64,000 nucleotides of DNA, taken from Eledone cirrhosa. Its lineage: Eukaryota. Where the stretch lies: contig OZ024745.1 in the NCBI GenBank assembly GCA_964016885.1, positions 116,870,001 through 116,934,000 of the forward strand, read 5' to 3'. Below, piece after piece: positions 39,301 to 51,959 of this stretch. Position 1 is the first letter of the stretch. Each line of letters begins with the position of its first letter. The position numbers were made by a program, and so were the translations under genes. The notes beneath the pieces were generated by a model. It had not been told where the DNA came from, did not search any database, and worked only from the letters and a program-made list of their open reading frames with translations.

Positions 39301-40615
39301 AAACATAGATTGGCATGTTTATCTCTCCTTTCTGAAACAGTACAGAGAAGTACGGAATACCTTGGCCTCGGGATGGTGTCTATATGTTGTGCCTATAAAA
39401 ATTTGTCATAGGTTACCAGGGGTTTAACTTAATTGGGTGAAGACGAGATATGTTCCGCCAGGTTTAAAACTGGCTTAGAAACCTCACATGTCAATACGGC
39501 GCCCCTACGACTCCCCCGGGAGTTATGGGACCATGCATGCTTGCATTAATAATCATGCACACACATGTAAATCTGTACTGGTAAATATACATGTAAATGT
39601 GAAGTATATACAGCTTTTCATATTTACTCTAACTATTCGCAACTGATCCTATTTAATGAATACAATAAATAATATTAAACATTTCGAAGTAATTATTTAA
39701 TCAGTTTGGATCGTAATAAACCGATATTGGAATTCTGTTGTACACGTCTATCCACTGTGCATGTATTTATGTTCACCAAGTCAACAACCAGAACTCCCTG
39801 TTTCATATTAAACATTTCAATAAAAGCAGTGAGATTTCGTATTGCTACATATTTATTAACCAGTTAGATATTACTCGTAATATTTGTTGCTTTTCGGTTT
39901 AGTTCACCTCACTAACAACAATATTGTATTTCTTAAAAAATGCTTTCATACTGTTAATAACTGGTTATGCTTTGCTTTCATAAGTTCTTTGACTTCCGTT
40001 TCTGCTTATTGGGTTTGTGAAGCAATGTACTACTAGCAGAGCATTGATTCCGGTCCTTTGCCATACCCAACTTGGCTAGCAGCAGTGATCAGTTTTGAAG
40101 CTATGCCAAATTTAGCTAAACCTTTTCATTTTTCTACAGTTCATAAAAGGGCATCTGAAGGTAACAATGATCAACAATGACTATGGATAGAATAAATATC
40201 TGCCAAATGGTTTGAATTATTTACTTAGTTATACTGTTACTGTTGTTGTTGTTAATTTTGTTGTAGTCAGCTCAAATGTAACTACTGAAAGGATTTGTTG
40301 TTGTTGTTTCTATAAATTCTATTAATTTGGCAACCAAACAACCTGGCATGTAGGATATACTACATTCATTTATGGTATAGCATGCATCATATTCATCATT
40401 CAGTACATGTTGGCATTATTGTTACTGTTGTTGTGGTTGTTGTTGTTGTGGCTGTTGTTGTTGTTGTTGTGGTCCTTTTTTCTCCTTTACTGTTCCCTTT
40501 AGTAATGTTGTGTTTCTGAGATACAGCTCAGTTATTGTTATATAATGTCAATAGCCTTTCATGATATAGATTTTGTATATTGATTAAATGAACTTTTGCA
40601 TTAAAAAATCATGCT

Positions 40616-40770
<155 letters not shown>

Positions 40771-40878
40771 ATATATATACGTGGTGAAATATATATATTT
40801 ATATATATATATACGTGGTGATATATATATATATATATATTTATTTATATATATATATATACGTGGTGAAATATATAA

Positions 40879-42250
40879 AGGAGAACAAACCGTTAAAACA
40901 TGTTTATTTAAAATACCACCTACGTACGTTTCGCCCGAATTGGCTTCTGAAGGGCATAAAAAATTAAAAAGCGTTCCTTACATGACCCCTAATGGGTTTT
41001 AGAGATAAGTTCACATCACAGTCCATTCTTCGTAAAAAACATATATTGATTTTGCAGTAGGTCAAGGGAGATAACTCTAGCCGGTGTTAGAACAATGTTC
41101 CCCAGGCTACTTTTATCCGTTATTATTTTGTGGTTTGGATTGGCAGTATCAGTAGAGGGTCGGACGCCATGCTTTCCAGCATAGTTACGTCCCTTTACGG
41201 TCTAAGTTCAAATCCCGCCGAGGTTAACTTTGCCTTTCATCCTTACGGGGTCGATAAAATAAAGTACCAGTAATGCACTGCGTAATTGCTGGTCTTGTGC
41301 CAAATGTAGAAACAATTATTTTGTGGTTACTGCTTTACCATTGTCGAACTACGCAGGGTTAGGGATGCAAAGTTAGTTTCCAGATGTTTGTTTGCTGCGC
41401 CTGCCCGCCGGGGTCGATTCATGCCGGGTCTGGGATTCATGGTAAGTTTCCGGATGTTTTTTGCAGCGCCTGCCCGCCGGTATGTTAAGGTTTGGTGCAG
41501 GGTGACCCGGTTTACGGTTCTCACGCCTCATTCTTATTCCATCTGGAGTAAGAGATTTTTAAGCGGTGCGTACAACTTATCGTCGTTTCTGCTCTGCTGT
41601 TGATGAGCTCGTGGGGTGCCGTTATGATATGGTAGAGCTCCATGAGGCAAAGCTCGCACTTCCTCTTGAAATTGTACGGTGCTGCCCTGCCGACAATTTC
41701 CCAGTGCGTGGAAAAGCTGATGTTTGAGTCTTTTAATTCTGTGATGTAATTCGCGATCAAAGTGGAGTGTCTTAGTTTCTTGTTTGCGAAAGAGTGGAGA
41801 TGTGTTCGAAATCTATTTTTGAACGGGCCAGAGGTAGCCCCTATATAATGTTTAACGCTATTATGGCTAGTTACGGTGCACCTATAAATAACCCTATCAG
41901 TCAGGCAGTTTCCCCTAAGGGGTCACGGCAACCAACATAACGGCAACATGACTGGGGAATATGCAGGTGACACGTACGGGTCACCCAACGACAACAGAAG
42001 GCGTTGCGGCGTCCGGAATGATAATGGTACTACTCCGCACACAGTGGGTTATAATGGTACCAACGACAGGTGTAGGGGCGTAGGTAACAATATAGATAGC
42101 AATAATAATAGCCTTATCTTGGGAACTAGAAGGGACTGGGACCGAAATTGCAACTGCCGTGATAGAGGACGCTGCCCCCTTAGGGGAAACTGCCTGACTG
42201 ATAGGGTTATTTATAGGTGCACCGTAACTAGCCATAATAGCGTTAAACAT
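40879..42250 (-). mobile_element. Penelope-like element (Naiad-type GIY-YIG) 3' fragment with inverted 5' segment
   Basis: Minus 41922->41521 reads PLRGNCLTDRVIYRC..HYIGATSGPFKNRFRTH..WEIVGRA.PY..CELCL.E. Plus 41923-42250 holds the upstream linker and CNC..CPLRGNC. The 3' end abuts (TA)n at 40616-40878. Confidence 0.85.
41136..41314 (+). mobile_element. SINE family A nested in the PLE 3'UTR, 14-bp TSD
   Basis: TSD attattttgtggtt at 41122-41135 and 41315-41328. Confidence 0.9.
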
Positions 42251-42858
42251 GCAGCCCATCGGGCCTCTGTAGTATCAGTTCCCCCACCCCTGTAATTTTA
42301 AGATAGAATTGGCCGAATATGTTTCACTAACTACTTATAGCATATGTGTTAAACCCCTTTAATTTTGTATCAGTTTCGTAATTTCTACAAGTTTTTTCTA
42401 TTCTCAACTTATTAACCTGTAATTGTAAGATAGCATTGTGATTTTTTTTTAATTCATTTCTCACTATCTAATTTTATATATATATTTTTTTCTTTCTAGT
42501 ATCTTTTATTATCTCCTACTCTCATTCGATTTACCTATTCTATAACCTCCCTCCTCCACTTCATACACTATCCTTAGAATCTGCTGTATACATATTACTT
42601 TCAACGCTTGACCGCTCCACTCACTCCCCTATTGTTCTACAGGCAAGTTCAGCCACCCCTACCTCCCACCAAATGCCATGATAGACTTTTGTGTTTACAA
42701 CAAATTTTAACCAATCCTCGTCTCAACTACAATCTTCCCAAATAAGGAAGTACCCCCTTGACAAGTTCGGGTATTTATTCACCAAGCTAAAAAGTCCAGA
42801 AATAGCCGTCGAAACGGCTTGAGCTCTGCCGTCGGGGTCATACTTTTTCCTATATAAC

Positions 42859-42860
<2 letters not shown>
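42251..42860 (+). mobile_element. Probable PLE 3'UTR/terminus running into (TA)n
   Basis: Terminus gaaatagccgtcgaaacggcttgagctctgccgtcggggtc is homologous to 47920-47980. (TA)n follows. Confidence 0.55.
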
Positions 42861-42938
<78 letters not shown>

Positions 42939-43507
42939 GTAAGTCCATAGAATCATTAGATAAATATATACAGTATTTCTTCTCCCAATCAGCATAAATC
43001 AACCATACAAAAAAAATCATTTAAACGAGGCTATAAGTTTAAAATATACTTGTGAAGAAACAATAGATAAATGATTCTGATCCGCGACTTATAGCTACCA
43101 AAAATGTACCCAGTATTTCTAATAGCCTGTAGAAATTGACTAGACATATAGTTAACCATACATAATTAGGTACAAAATCAAAGTTAGAAGAAAAAATGTA
43201 CATAGACCTTACCAAAATCATCAAAATATCTCTACCACCGGCGGTTTCATTCCATTTTTGGATATATCTGATCTTGGATAAATCAACGAGGTTTGGAAAT
43301 CATCAGGAGATAACTCAATTGGACAAGGATTTTTCTTACATGATCCCTGCCAGAAACGAATTCAAAATGGCTAAGAATCATCACGTGGCTAGTGGATATA
43401 TATATATATATATGTATATATACATCCCCCCACCCCCACTCTCAAATGCGTGAATTTAATAAACCAATATTTGTACTGCCTCTCTGATTTTGTTCCTGCC
43501 TAAGATT

Positions 43508-43581
<74 letters not shown>

Positions 43582-43692
43582 TATAGTTATATATACATAA
43601 GCAAAGGGATATTTAATTTGTTGATAATTCAACAAATATATTTATAACAGATTCGAAGCACTCGACGTTTTTCTGCAGTATAATATCATTGT

Positions 43693-43734
<42 letters not shown>

Positions 43735-43738
<4 letters not shown>

Positions 43739-43978
43739 GTATAATAAAGAATACAATATAATTACCTCATTACCAGAGGTTTCCCGAATAAGACGAATAC
43801 GAAAAACGTCCTCATTCGTTCGTCGGAGGACGTTTTTCGTATTCGTCTTATTCGGGAAACCTCTGGTAATTAGGTAATTATATTGTATTGTTTATTACAC
43901 ATTAAACTTTGCTCTGGTACTTACATAGAGCACTCTTCACTCCTATGACTTTTTCAATTTTCAATGGAAACTTCAATA

Positions 43979-43980
<2 letters not shown>
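43735..43980 (+). mobile_element. Fold-back PLE 3' tip in (TA)n
   Basis: 79-bp arms at 43735-43813 and 43826-43904 with a 12-nt loop. Hammerhead 3' half gaaacctctggta. Homologous to 61377-61495 (-). Confidence 0.75.
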
Positions 43981-44010
<30 letters not shown>

Positions 44011-44011
<1 letters not shown>

Positions 44012-44392
44012 CACCAAACTTTGGCATTGGGAGCTGGACAAACCTCCGAACAGGACGTCACTGTGTGGTGCCAAAGGTCCCGTCTTCCACATCTAGAATA
44101 AGGTGCAGATATTGCTATAGCCTGGGGTTTAAGGGCGCTCGACCTTTCAACAAGCTGCCGAGGGATCTGAGAGATCTGCATGATGTGGATGTCTTCAAGA
44201 AACATCTCGACACCTTGCTATCCAGGATCCCGTATGAGCCCACAGCAAGGCACGAGGGAAACCTAAGGGTAACAGCAACGAACTCCCTCGTGTGCCAGTG
44301 GCCAACCAATACAGGCTGGAGATAAGATGTGTAGCAACAAGGGCGGTGCCCCAGCATGGCCTCAGCCGGATGACTGGAACGGGTAAAAGAGT
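44011..44392 (+). mobile_element. CR1/L2-like LINE 3' fragment
   Basis: SLGFKGAR.FNKLPRDLR...VDVFKKHLD.LL..IP.EP. The tail ccccagcatggcctcagccgga is also at 29775-29825. Confidence 0.75.
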
Positions 44393-44410
44393 ATATATAT
44401 ATATATATAA

Positions 44411-45257
44411 TCTCATATGAAATAATACAGCCAATTTTCCACACAAAACAATTAGTTAGCACCCCGAATGTTTAATTAGGAATATACTCACTTATTTCCT
44501 AATGTTTGTTGAGTGATTGGGATTTGGTCGGAGTATCGCTATTAGCTTCCTCCGATAATGTATTTATATATTTACTCTTGGAGCAACGGATATGAATTTC
44601 CCGATATAAGGTTTGACTCTCTTTGTATATTTTTTTATATGAATATTGATTGTTTCTTGTATCTCATTCTGTTATTTTGCCCGAGAAAATATCTATGTGT
44701 GTCATCAAATGATGTACACATATGGGTATTTTTTCAAATTCCAATTGAGTTCTAGCACGTGGCTTGAATTCCTTTTAGAATTCATTGTCCTGCGCATGTA
44801 TTGTTTTTTTGGCGGTAATTCTCCTTTTTCTTTTCTTGAGACAGTATGAGAATTTCTTTAGAACTGCTGGGCTAGCAACCTGACAGCTACCTCAAGAACT
44901 GATGGTGATTATCGCTAAATATTGATGTTGATTTGACTATCAATATTAATGTTATTGGGCACCACTGAAGAATTATAAGAGCCCACTTGAATAAGTATCT
45001 GTTGATCTTATACAAGCTTCTACATAAATTGGTATAATTTCACCTCACTTGTAGGAATCTTGTAATGAAGCGAGACGTCCGTCTGGGAAGAGATATATTT
45101 GATATATCTCATATGAACTAATACAGCCAATTTTCCACACAATACAATATAGTTAGCACCCCGAACGTTTAATTAGGAATATACTCACTTATTTCCTAAT
45201 GTTTGTTGAGTGAGTTGGGATTTGGCCAGAGTATGCTATTAGCTTCCTCCGATAATG

Positions 45258-45262
<5 letters not shown>
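44411..45262. mobile_element. Terminally redundant non-coding element (about 155-bp direct repeats, period 696) between two (TA)n tracts
   Basis: tctcatatgaa..cctccgataatgtattta occurs at 44411-44566 and 45107-45263. Confidence 0.7.
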
Positions 45263-45312
<50 letters not shown>

Positions 45313-45362
45313 AATAAAGAAATTGAAACTGGGAAGCAGTCGTATCTTCAGTGAATAAATGC

Positions 45363-45532
45363 ATATCATCATCATCATCATCATCATCATCGCCATCATC
45401 ATCATAATCATCATCCCTCTTCGGTGTAATTATCGCCATCATCATCATCACCACTATCATCATCATCATCATCAGCATCACCATCATCGTCACCGCCATC
45501 ATCGTCGTCCCCATCGCCATGATCATCATCAT
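45363..45532. repeat. Degenerate (CAT)n microsatellite
   Basis: Directly visible. It explains the poly-M/H/I/D ORFs. Confidence 0.95.
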
Positions 45533-45605
45533 TTTACGTATGGATGCTGGCATAAATTGGACGACCTTAGTTCTTGAATGTTATTTATTTTATCGACCCT
45601 AGAAA

Positions 45606-45825
45606 GGCGGTGGATTGGCAGTATTGGTAGATTGTCGGACGCCATGCTTTGCAACATAGAGTTAGGGCCCTTTATGATCTGAGTTCAAATCCCGCCGAGG
45701 TTAACTTTGCCTTTCATCCATGCGGGGTCGATAAAATAAAGTACCAGTCATGCATTGGGGTCGATTTAATCGACTTTCCCCTCCTCCAAAATTGCTGGTC
45801 TTGTGCCTATATAAGAAACCATTTT
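45606..45825 (+). mobile_element. SINE family A, long-tail variant
   Basis: Head, B-box and core as at 33720. Tail is gcattggggtcgatttaatcgactttccc. Confidence 0.88.
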
Positions 45826-46571
45826 ATCAGCCCTAAAGTATAAATCAACTTATTGGGATTTAAACTCAGAACGTAAAGATTAACGTAATCAAATGCCGGA
45901 AGCCGTTTAGTTCTTTATCAATTCTTCTTCCCCCATCCCTACCTTAATCAAGAACTCTCTTTACCTTAAATGTATGCAGAGGTCAGAATTGAAAAGATAG
46001 AGTTAACAATGGTACCTATTGTTTAATCAATAGTGATTACTTGTTGGGTGGCTCCTCTTGTATTGTGTTGAATGGCATGAACGATATTAATTAAATATTT
46101 GGGAGCAGTCCATAGTCATTGTATTCTTCAATTTATTAGCTATTATATAATGTAGTTCTAAAAGATACAAAAGAGATACAGCAGGTAATTTTGAGATCAA
46201 AAAGCCAATCATTAATTTCAAATATAACTGAAAGTTTGTGTTGTATATGATGGTTTATAGTACCAACTTTCGGATTCGTAAGACTTGCAGGCGGTTTTCA
46301 ATAGTTTAATCTAATATTGTACATATTTGTGTATATATATCAACAGGAATGGAGTTATAGAAAACAACCGCGAGTTTTTATGAAACAGAAAGTTGGGACT
46401 GTATATAACCATATACAATAGCAATTACAAGTTCAAATCTTACCAATGCTGAGTCATTCAACTAGCTCTTTTTATTTACAATATCGACCTTTTGTCTCAA
46501 ACTTTGTCAGACGTGGAAGGGTAGTGTGTATGATCTTTTTTCGGGGCTTAAAAGAGTGTTGAGTGGCAATC

Positions 46572-46581
46572 ATCATCATCC

Positions 46582-46612
<31 letters not shown>

Positions 46613-46930
46613 TTAATGTCCATCTTCCACGCTAGCATGGGTTAGACGGGTTTGTCCCATTTGATGCGGGAATGGTCGGCAGACCATGTCTCGCTCATAC
46701 GGAAGTGTCTCTGGCATGTTTTCTACGGCTGGATGCCCTTCCTCACACCAACCACTCTTACAGTGTGGACTGGGAGCCTTTTTACCGTGTCTCCTACACA
46801 ACCACCTTTCAGTATGGACTGGGTGCTTTTTGTTGTGTCACCGACACAGTGGAGGGTAATGGGAGGATGGGGTAGGGTGTGTGCGGTGGGGTGTATATTG
46901 GGTTAAGAGGTGCCTACAGACTGTAGGTTT
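46572..46930 (-). mobile_element. RTE-family 3'UTR with (GAT)n tail
   Basis: Homologous to 5200-5581 and 25677-26050. Confidence 0.8.
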
Positions 46931-47279
46931 GTATGCAAGGAGACCTGGCTCGAATGTGTGCAATGGGGGAACAATCGATTAAATTTACCACTCAAAATCA
47001 ATACAGTACATTCCTATTCAACTTTCGCCAACCCAGTTTTACTCACGTGGCTATAATAGAAAGACACTTTCCCAAAGTATCGCGAAATGAAACTGAACGT
47101 GGCGCCATGCGATTCTGACACAAACTTCTTAACCACGGAGCTATTCCTGTAAATTACAAGTCAAAGTTTATTTCTTTCACTTGGAAGAACATCAGCATTT
47201 CTCAAGGAATTATCACAGTTTGGCTCAAAGGTATGATGTGTGTTTATCTCTCTCTCTATATATATATATAAAGGAACGA

Positions 47280-47642
<363 letters not shown>

Positions 47643-47820
47643 TAAAAGGAAAAGAAAATGGTGACAATTTTTTTCCAGTGAAAAATAGTTTAATTAGGAA
47701 TAAGTATAAATTAGTAATAAGTATTGGTTAGTATTCAGTTTTAGTTTTAAGTTTTTACCGGTTGCGCATTTCTAATGCTTTTCAAAAATAATTTTGAGAT
47801 AGAGCGCTCGTGATGTTTGC

Positions 47821-47848
<28 letters not shown>

Positions 47849-47856
<8 letters not shown>

Positions 47857-47978
47857 GAGTCGGGTCCCCGACTGCTGAGCTCCTGCTGTTTCAACAGCTA
47901 GTTCCAAACTCATAATTTTGGAACTAGCTGTTGAAACAGCAGGAGCTCAGCAGTCGGGGACCCGACTCTTTCATATTA

Positions 47979-47980
<2 letters not shown>
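47849..47980 (+). mobile_element. Miniature fold-back PLE 3' tip in (TA)n
   Basis: Perfect 60-bp arms at 47849-47908 and 47917-47976 with an 8-nt loop. (TA)n on both sides. Confidence 0.75.
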
Positions 47981-48034
<54 letters not shown>

Positions 48035-48599
48035 GTTAGAATATGTGTAATAAGGCCAAGACAATGCAGGTATGGACATAGAAAAAGAATGCAATAGTGA
48101 AAGATATTGATGTGAATTCGTCTTTCACCTTGAATTTATTTAAATGTCCTTAATTTTCGAGATAATATCTCTTCTTCGGAGGGGAGTAAAGGTCTCAAAC
48201 CAGCGTCTTTAAATCTCTAATGAAGCCATGCTGACCGGAAATAGTATAGAGTATCTGTTCTAACTTTAATATCAAAGAATTAAAATTAGGTGGATAAAGA
48301 GTAGTTTCCCTTTAAGAGGGGTTTGTTTATGTTTTGTTTTTGTTTTTGTTTTGTTTTTTTTAATTTTATATGCGTGCCTGTATATGTGTGTGGGAGAATG
48401 CATGAAGGTGTAGGTATGTGGGTGTGTGTGTGTGAGTGTGGGAAGATAGGTCTAATCGTAAAAGTGGGGGGTAGGTGTTATCTGGTGTTAGAACTGGTTT
48501 TGTGTGTGTATGTGTGAGAGAGAATAAGTGGAGGTGTGCGCGTGCGTGTGTGCTGGGTGTGTAAAAATGGGGCTAGAGGCCCTATATATATATATATAT

Positions 48600-49617
48600 T
48601 TCGTTTCTGAATTTGTTTAGCAAGATTCTTTATTTGAAAACGTGTGTTGAAACCGATATTGTTATACTTTGGGAGGATCATGTTACCAATAAGAAACACA
48701 CGCACCAGTTGCTTTCACTCCAATTTATTATAAATTAAATTTATAAATTTAATAATTTATAAATTTCCGGTTGGTTGGTTGGTTCCACAACCGGACGGTT
48801 GTTCATATATTGTCAAAGTTCTTTCGTCACACATTCTGTGACCTCTTCAGTGACTGGGGATTCTTTACTTTGTTTTTGCGCCTCTCCTTTGTTCTGTCCT
48901 ACGCCATCTTGTTTTTGTATGTGTTGTGTGCTTAGTTTGCGCATGTGTTACATCCGGGTGTCTCTGTGTGTTTATATTTGTTTATTTATTTGTTTATTTA
49001 CATGTTACTGGTTGGTTGTTTGTTCTATGTGTGTGTGTGTGTTTTCATTTTGTCCTTAATTGTAAGTTGTGATGTTGCTATTCCATTCATGTTTTCTATT
49101 TAATTTTGGTTGGAGTTCATTTATGTTTATTGCCTCTGTGATTTGTCTAAACATTGCGTCTTTTCTGTGTGTAGATTCTATTTTTATTTCTATGTTCTCT
49201 AATTTGCCCCTATGTTCTATTTTAGCATGTTGGTGGAGTACAGATGATTCTTTTCTATCTTGAAGCTCTCGCCAGTGTTCATTTATCCGTTCTCCTATAC
49301 TACGAGCTGTCTCACCTATGTACACTATATTCTTATCTCTACATTGTCCTTCATAAACTACAGTGGGTGTGTTGCATTGCTGTTGAAGGGGACAAGCTTC
49401 AGGCTTTCGGCAAGAGCATCCTGGTGTGGTGTTGCTCTTAGGGCTGTTGGTGATGTAGGACTTCATGTTCTTAGCGCAGGAGTATCCTAGTTTTACTGTC
49501 TGTTAAAGATGGAGCGGTATTTGTGACCTATGGGAAAATGGCTATCTAAGAGGGCTAAAAAAATGTGTCCTACATTAGTTTTATTGTCCAGTGAGAAGGG
49601 AGGAGAGAACCAGATAG
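48600..49617 (-). mobile_element. 5'-truncated Penelope-like element (RT-EN linker, GIY-YIG, 3'UTR) between (TA)n tracts
   Basis: IWFSPPFS..KTNVG.IF..HFP..H....IFNR..GYSC.KNM, then ORF 49056-49466 CSC..CPL..C..VVY..YIGETAR..ERINEH..RQITEA..PKLNRK.EW. Confidence 0.88.
48812..48854 (-). ncRNA. Minimal type I hammerhead ribozyme in PLE 3'UTR
   Basis: GUCA-CUGAAGA-G-GUCACA(GAAUG)UGUGAC-GAAA-GAAC-UU-UGAC. Confidence 0.75.
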
Positions 49618-49649
<32 letters not shown>

Positions 49650-49659
49650 CGTGTGTGTG

Positions 49660-49723
<64 letters not shown>

Positions 49724-49729
49724 TGTATA

Positions 49730-50825
49730 TCTATATATATATAAAGTGAAGTTGGACGTTGTTTGTTTGTTTGTTTGTTTGGTGTCCCGAACTTGCAGGC
49801 TACACCGTTCATCCGATTTTCATGAAACTTGACATATATATAAAACTCGACCCGTAGACTGGAATAGGCTACTTGAAATTTAGCCAAAAATCGATATTTT
49901 CAAAATCGTCCGATTTCGATGAAACTCGACGTAAGTGTGTATTTTGATCCGGGGATGAACGTGGGTTACATTAAATTGGATCATCAGAGGCAAAACTCGA
50001 TATTTACGAAATTTGTCCGATTCCAATGAAATTTGACGTAGGTATGTATTTTGATGCGGGGATCAATGTGGGGTACTTGAAATGTTCAAATAATCGGACC
50101 CCCAGAGGCAAAAATCCGGCAACCGAAAAACGCCATTCTTCTTGCTTTCATTTGTCGCGCCTCCCGCCATGCAAAAAACGTTCAATCTATCAGGATTATC
50201 CACCGTAAGTTTCTTTAAATTAACGCTCACCATATTCAACAAATCTTTTATGCCGATTCTTCCATTTCTTATATAAGGACTATCAAGACAATACCACCGC
50301 GCATCATCCTGTATTGCGCCCAGTCTTCTCAAGCGATCATCGAGCCTCCATGCGCTCTCTTCATAATGAAGTACCAATACAAATTCCCCCCTTTGATAAT
50401 GCATAAAATGCTGAAACCGGTAATAGACAATTATTAAATATATAAATAAATAAATAAATGCCATTGTTAATTAATAAATGCATTAACTAATACCTTAACA
50501 CTTCACACAAAGTAAAATATTTGTTTTAAACATTTTCTAACCCAGAAAAAAAAAGAAAAAATAATATTTTTCTTCCTAACAATCGTCTTTTTCTCCCTAT
50601 TTTCATATATATATATATCACTAATTACATGTCAGCGTATGTGTGTCTGTATGTCACCGAGACTCTAAATTCATGCTTGTTAATTAGTCTGTGTGTGTGT
50701 GTGTGTGTGTGCTGTGCGTGTGTGTGTAAATAACTAAAAAACTTCTTATATGTTATCTCCCTTAAGCAAAACAAAAGAAAATCCCTCCATATCCAGTACC
50801 GGGTCACGCCGAGTGGCATTGCTAG
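49730..50825 (+). mobile_element. Non-autonomous Helitron
   Basis: Starts a|TCtatatatatataaag followed by (gttt)n. Subterminal ccgattt..atgaaa repeats. Ends in an imperfect hairpin ccgggtcacgccgag and CTAG|t. Confidence 0.75.
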
Positions 50826-51959
50826 TTTTGTTACTATGATGTGGTTGGGTAGTAAAATAAATTGCATTGTAGCTGTAATCTGTGTTTCATTTGTCTCAGA
50901 TGGGTGAAATAAGACACGACATAGCTTCTAGCACTTGTAATGGTGTTATCCTTTTTCTCCTGAACTTTGATCAAATAACAACCTGCTATATATTTCCTGT
51001 TGTGTCTGTTGAATACTCTGTGAAACAACTCCGAAATAAATATTGCCTAAAGACATTGTAATATTGGAAGGATATGACGAAAACTATTTATGCAATGGAA
51101 TAATGAGGATGATGGTAATATATAGGAGGAAGCAGAAGTAGAGGGGGGAAGGAATAAGGCGATGCTGGGATAAAGAGTCGGTGTTATTCGCTACAAATCA
51201 ATAGAATGGAAGACAATGTGTAATACTGAAGCTATATTTCTCTAACACAATTTCCTTTGATCAAGAGTGTCTTCAGAAAGATTTATTCCAAGCCAAACTG
51301 TATATAATGGCTGAGGGAAATCATAGAAGGTGTCAATATTGAGCATGTCTGTGTGATTTCTATAGTAATTGGAGATCTTTTATTTACTATAGAAATGGAT
51401 TTTTCTTTGCCAAATATTCATTAATTTTCGCTGTGAAAACAATTTCAAACGACAAAATGGATGGAAGAAAAACCAAACAAACAGCACCATACGTTACCAT
51501 CAATTTGGGAAGACAATTTCTTACCTAGGAGCGATTTATGTGTTTCTATGAACATTTATTACCATTTTGATTGGCTATTACTAAGATCCAAATAAAAATA
51601 TCTTTCCAAATTCACGCTTGTTTGTGTATCGTGTCATGTGTGTGCGTGTACACAAGTAGATGTATATAGGAATTCTTTAAATGAGGGGGGGGGGCATAGG
51701 TGAAATCAGAAAGGACATAGTCGTTGTCGTTGATGGGGTGTTACTTTTGTTATCCTCTTCCTTCTTGTGTGGCTTCATTTCACTCAAGACGCTCAGCTAC
51801 CTGATGCTGCACGCAAACAAAATACTCATCATTTAAACATAGTGAACTCCTTCGCTTTCTCTATTGAGATTACGACCTGCCTAATGATTAGAACATGTAT
51901 TAAAACCCAGGCCCACCCATGAGAGGAAAGGAAGATAAACAAATACCGGGGATTGTTCG

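Noticed and set aside
40880-41520. SECIS element or Sec codons in the Naiad-type PLE
   Set aside because: No in-frame TGA at the visible Cys positions and no clear AUGA-AA-GA stem was found by eye. A SECIS search would be needed to exclude it.
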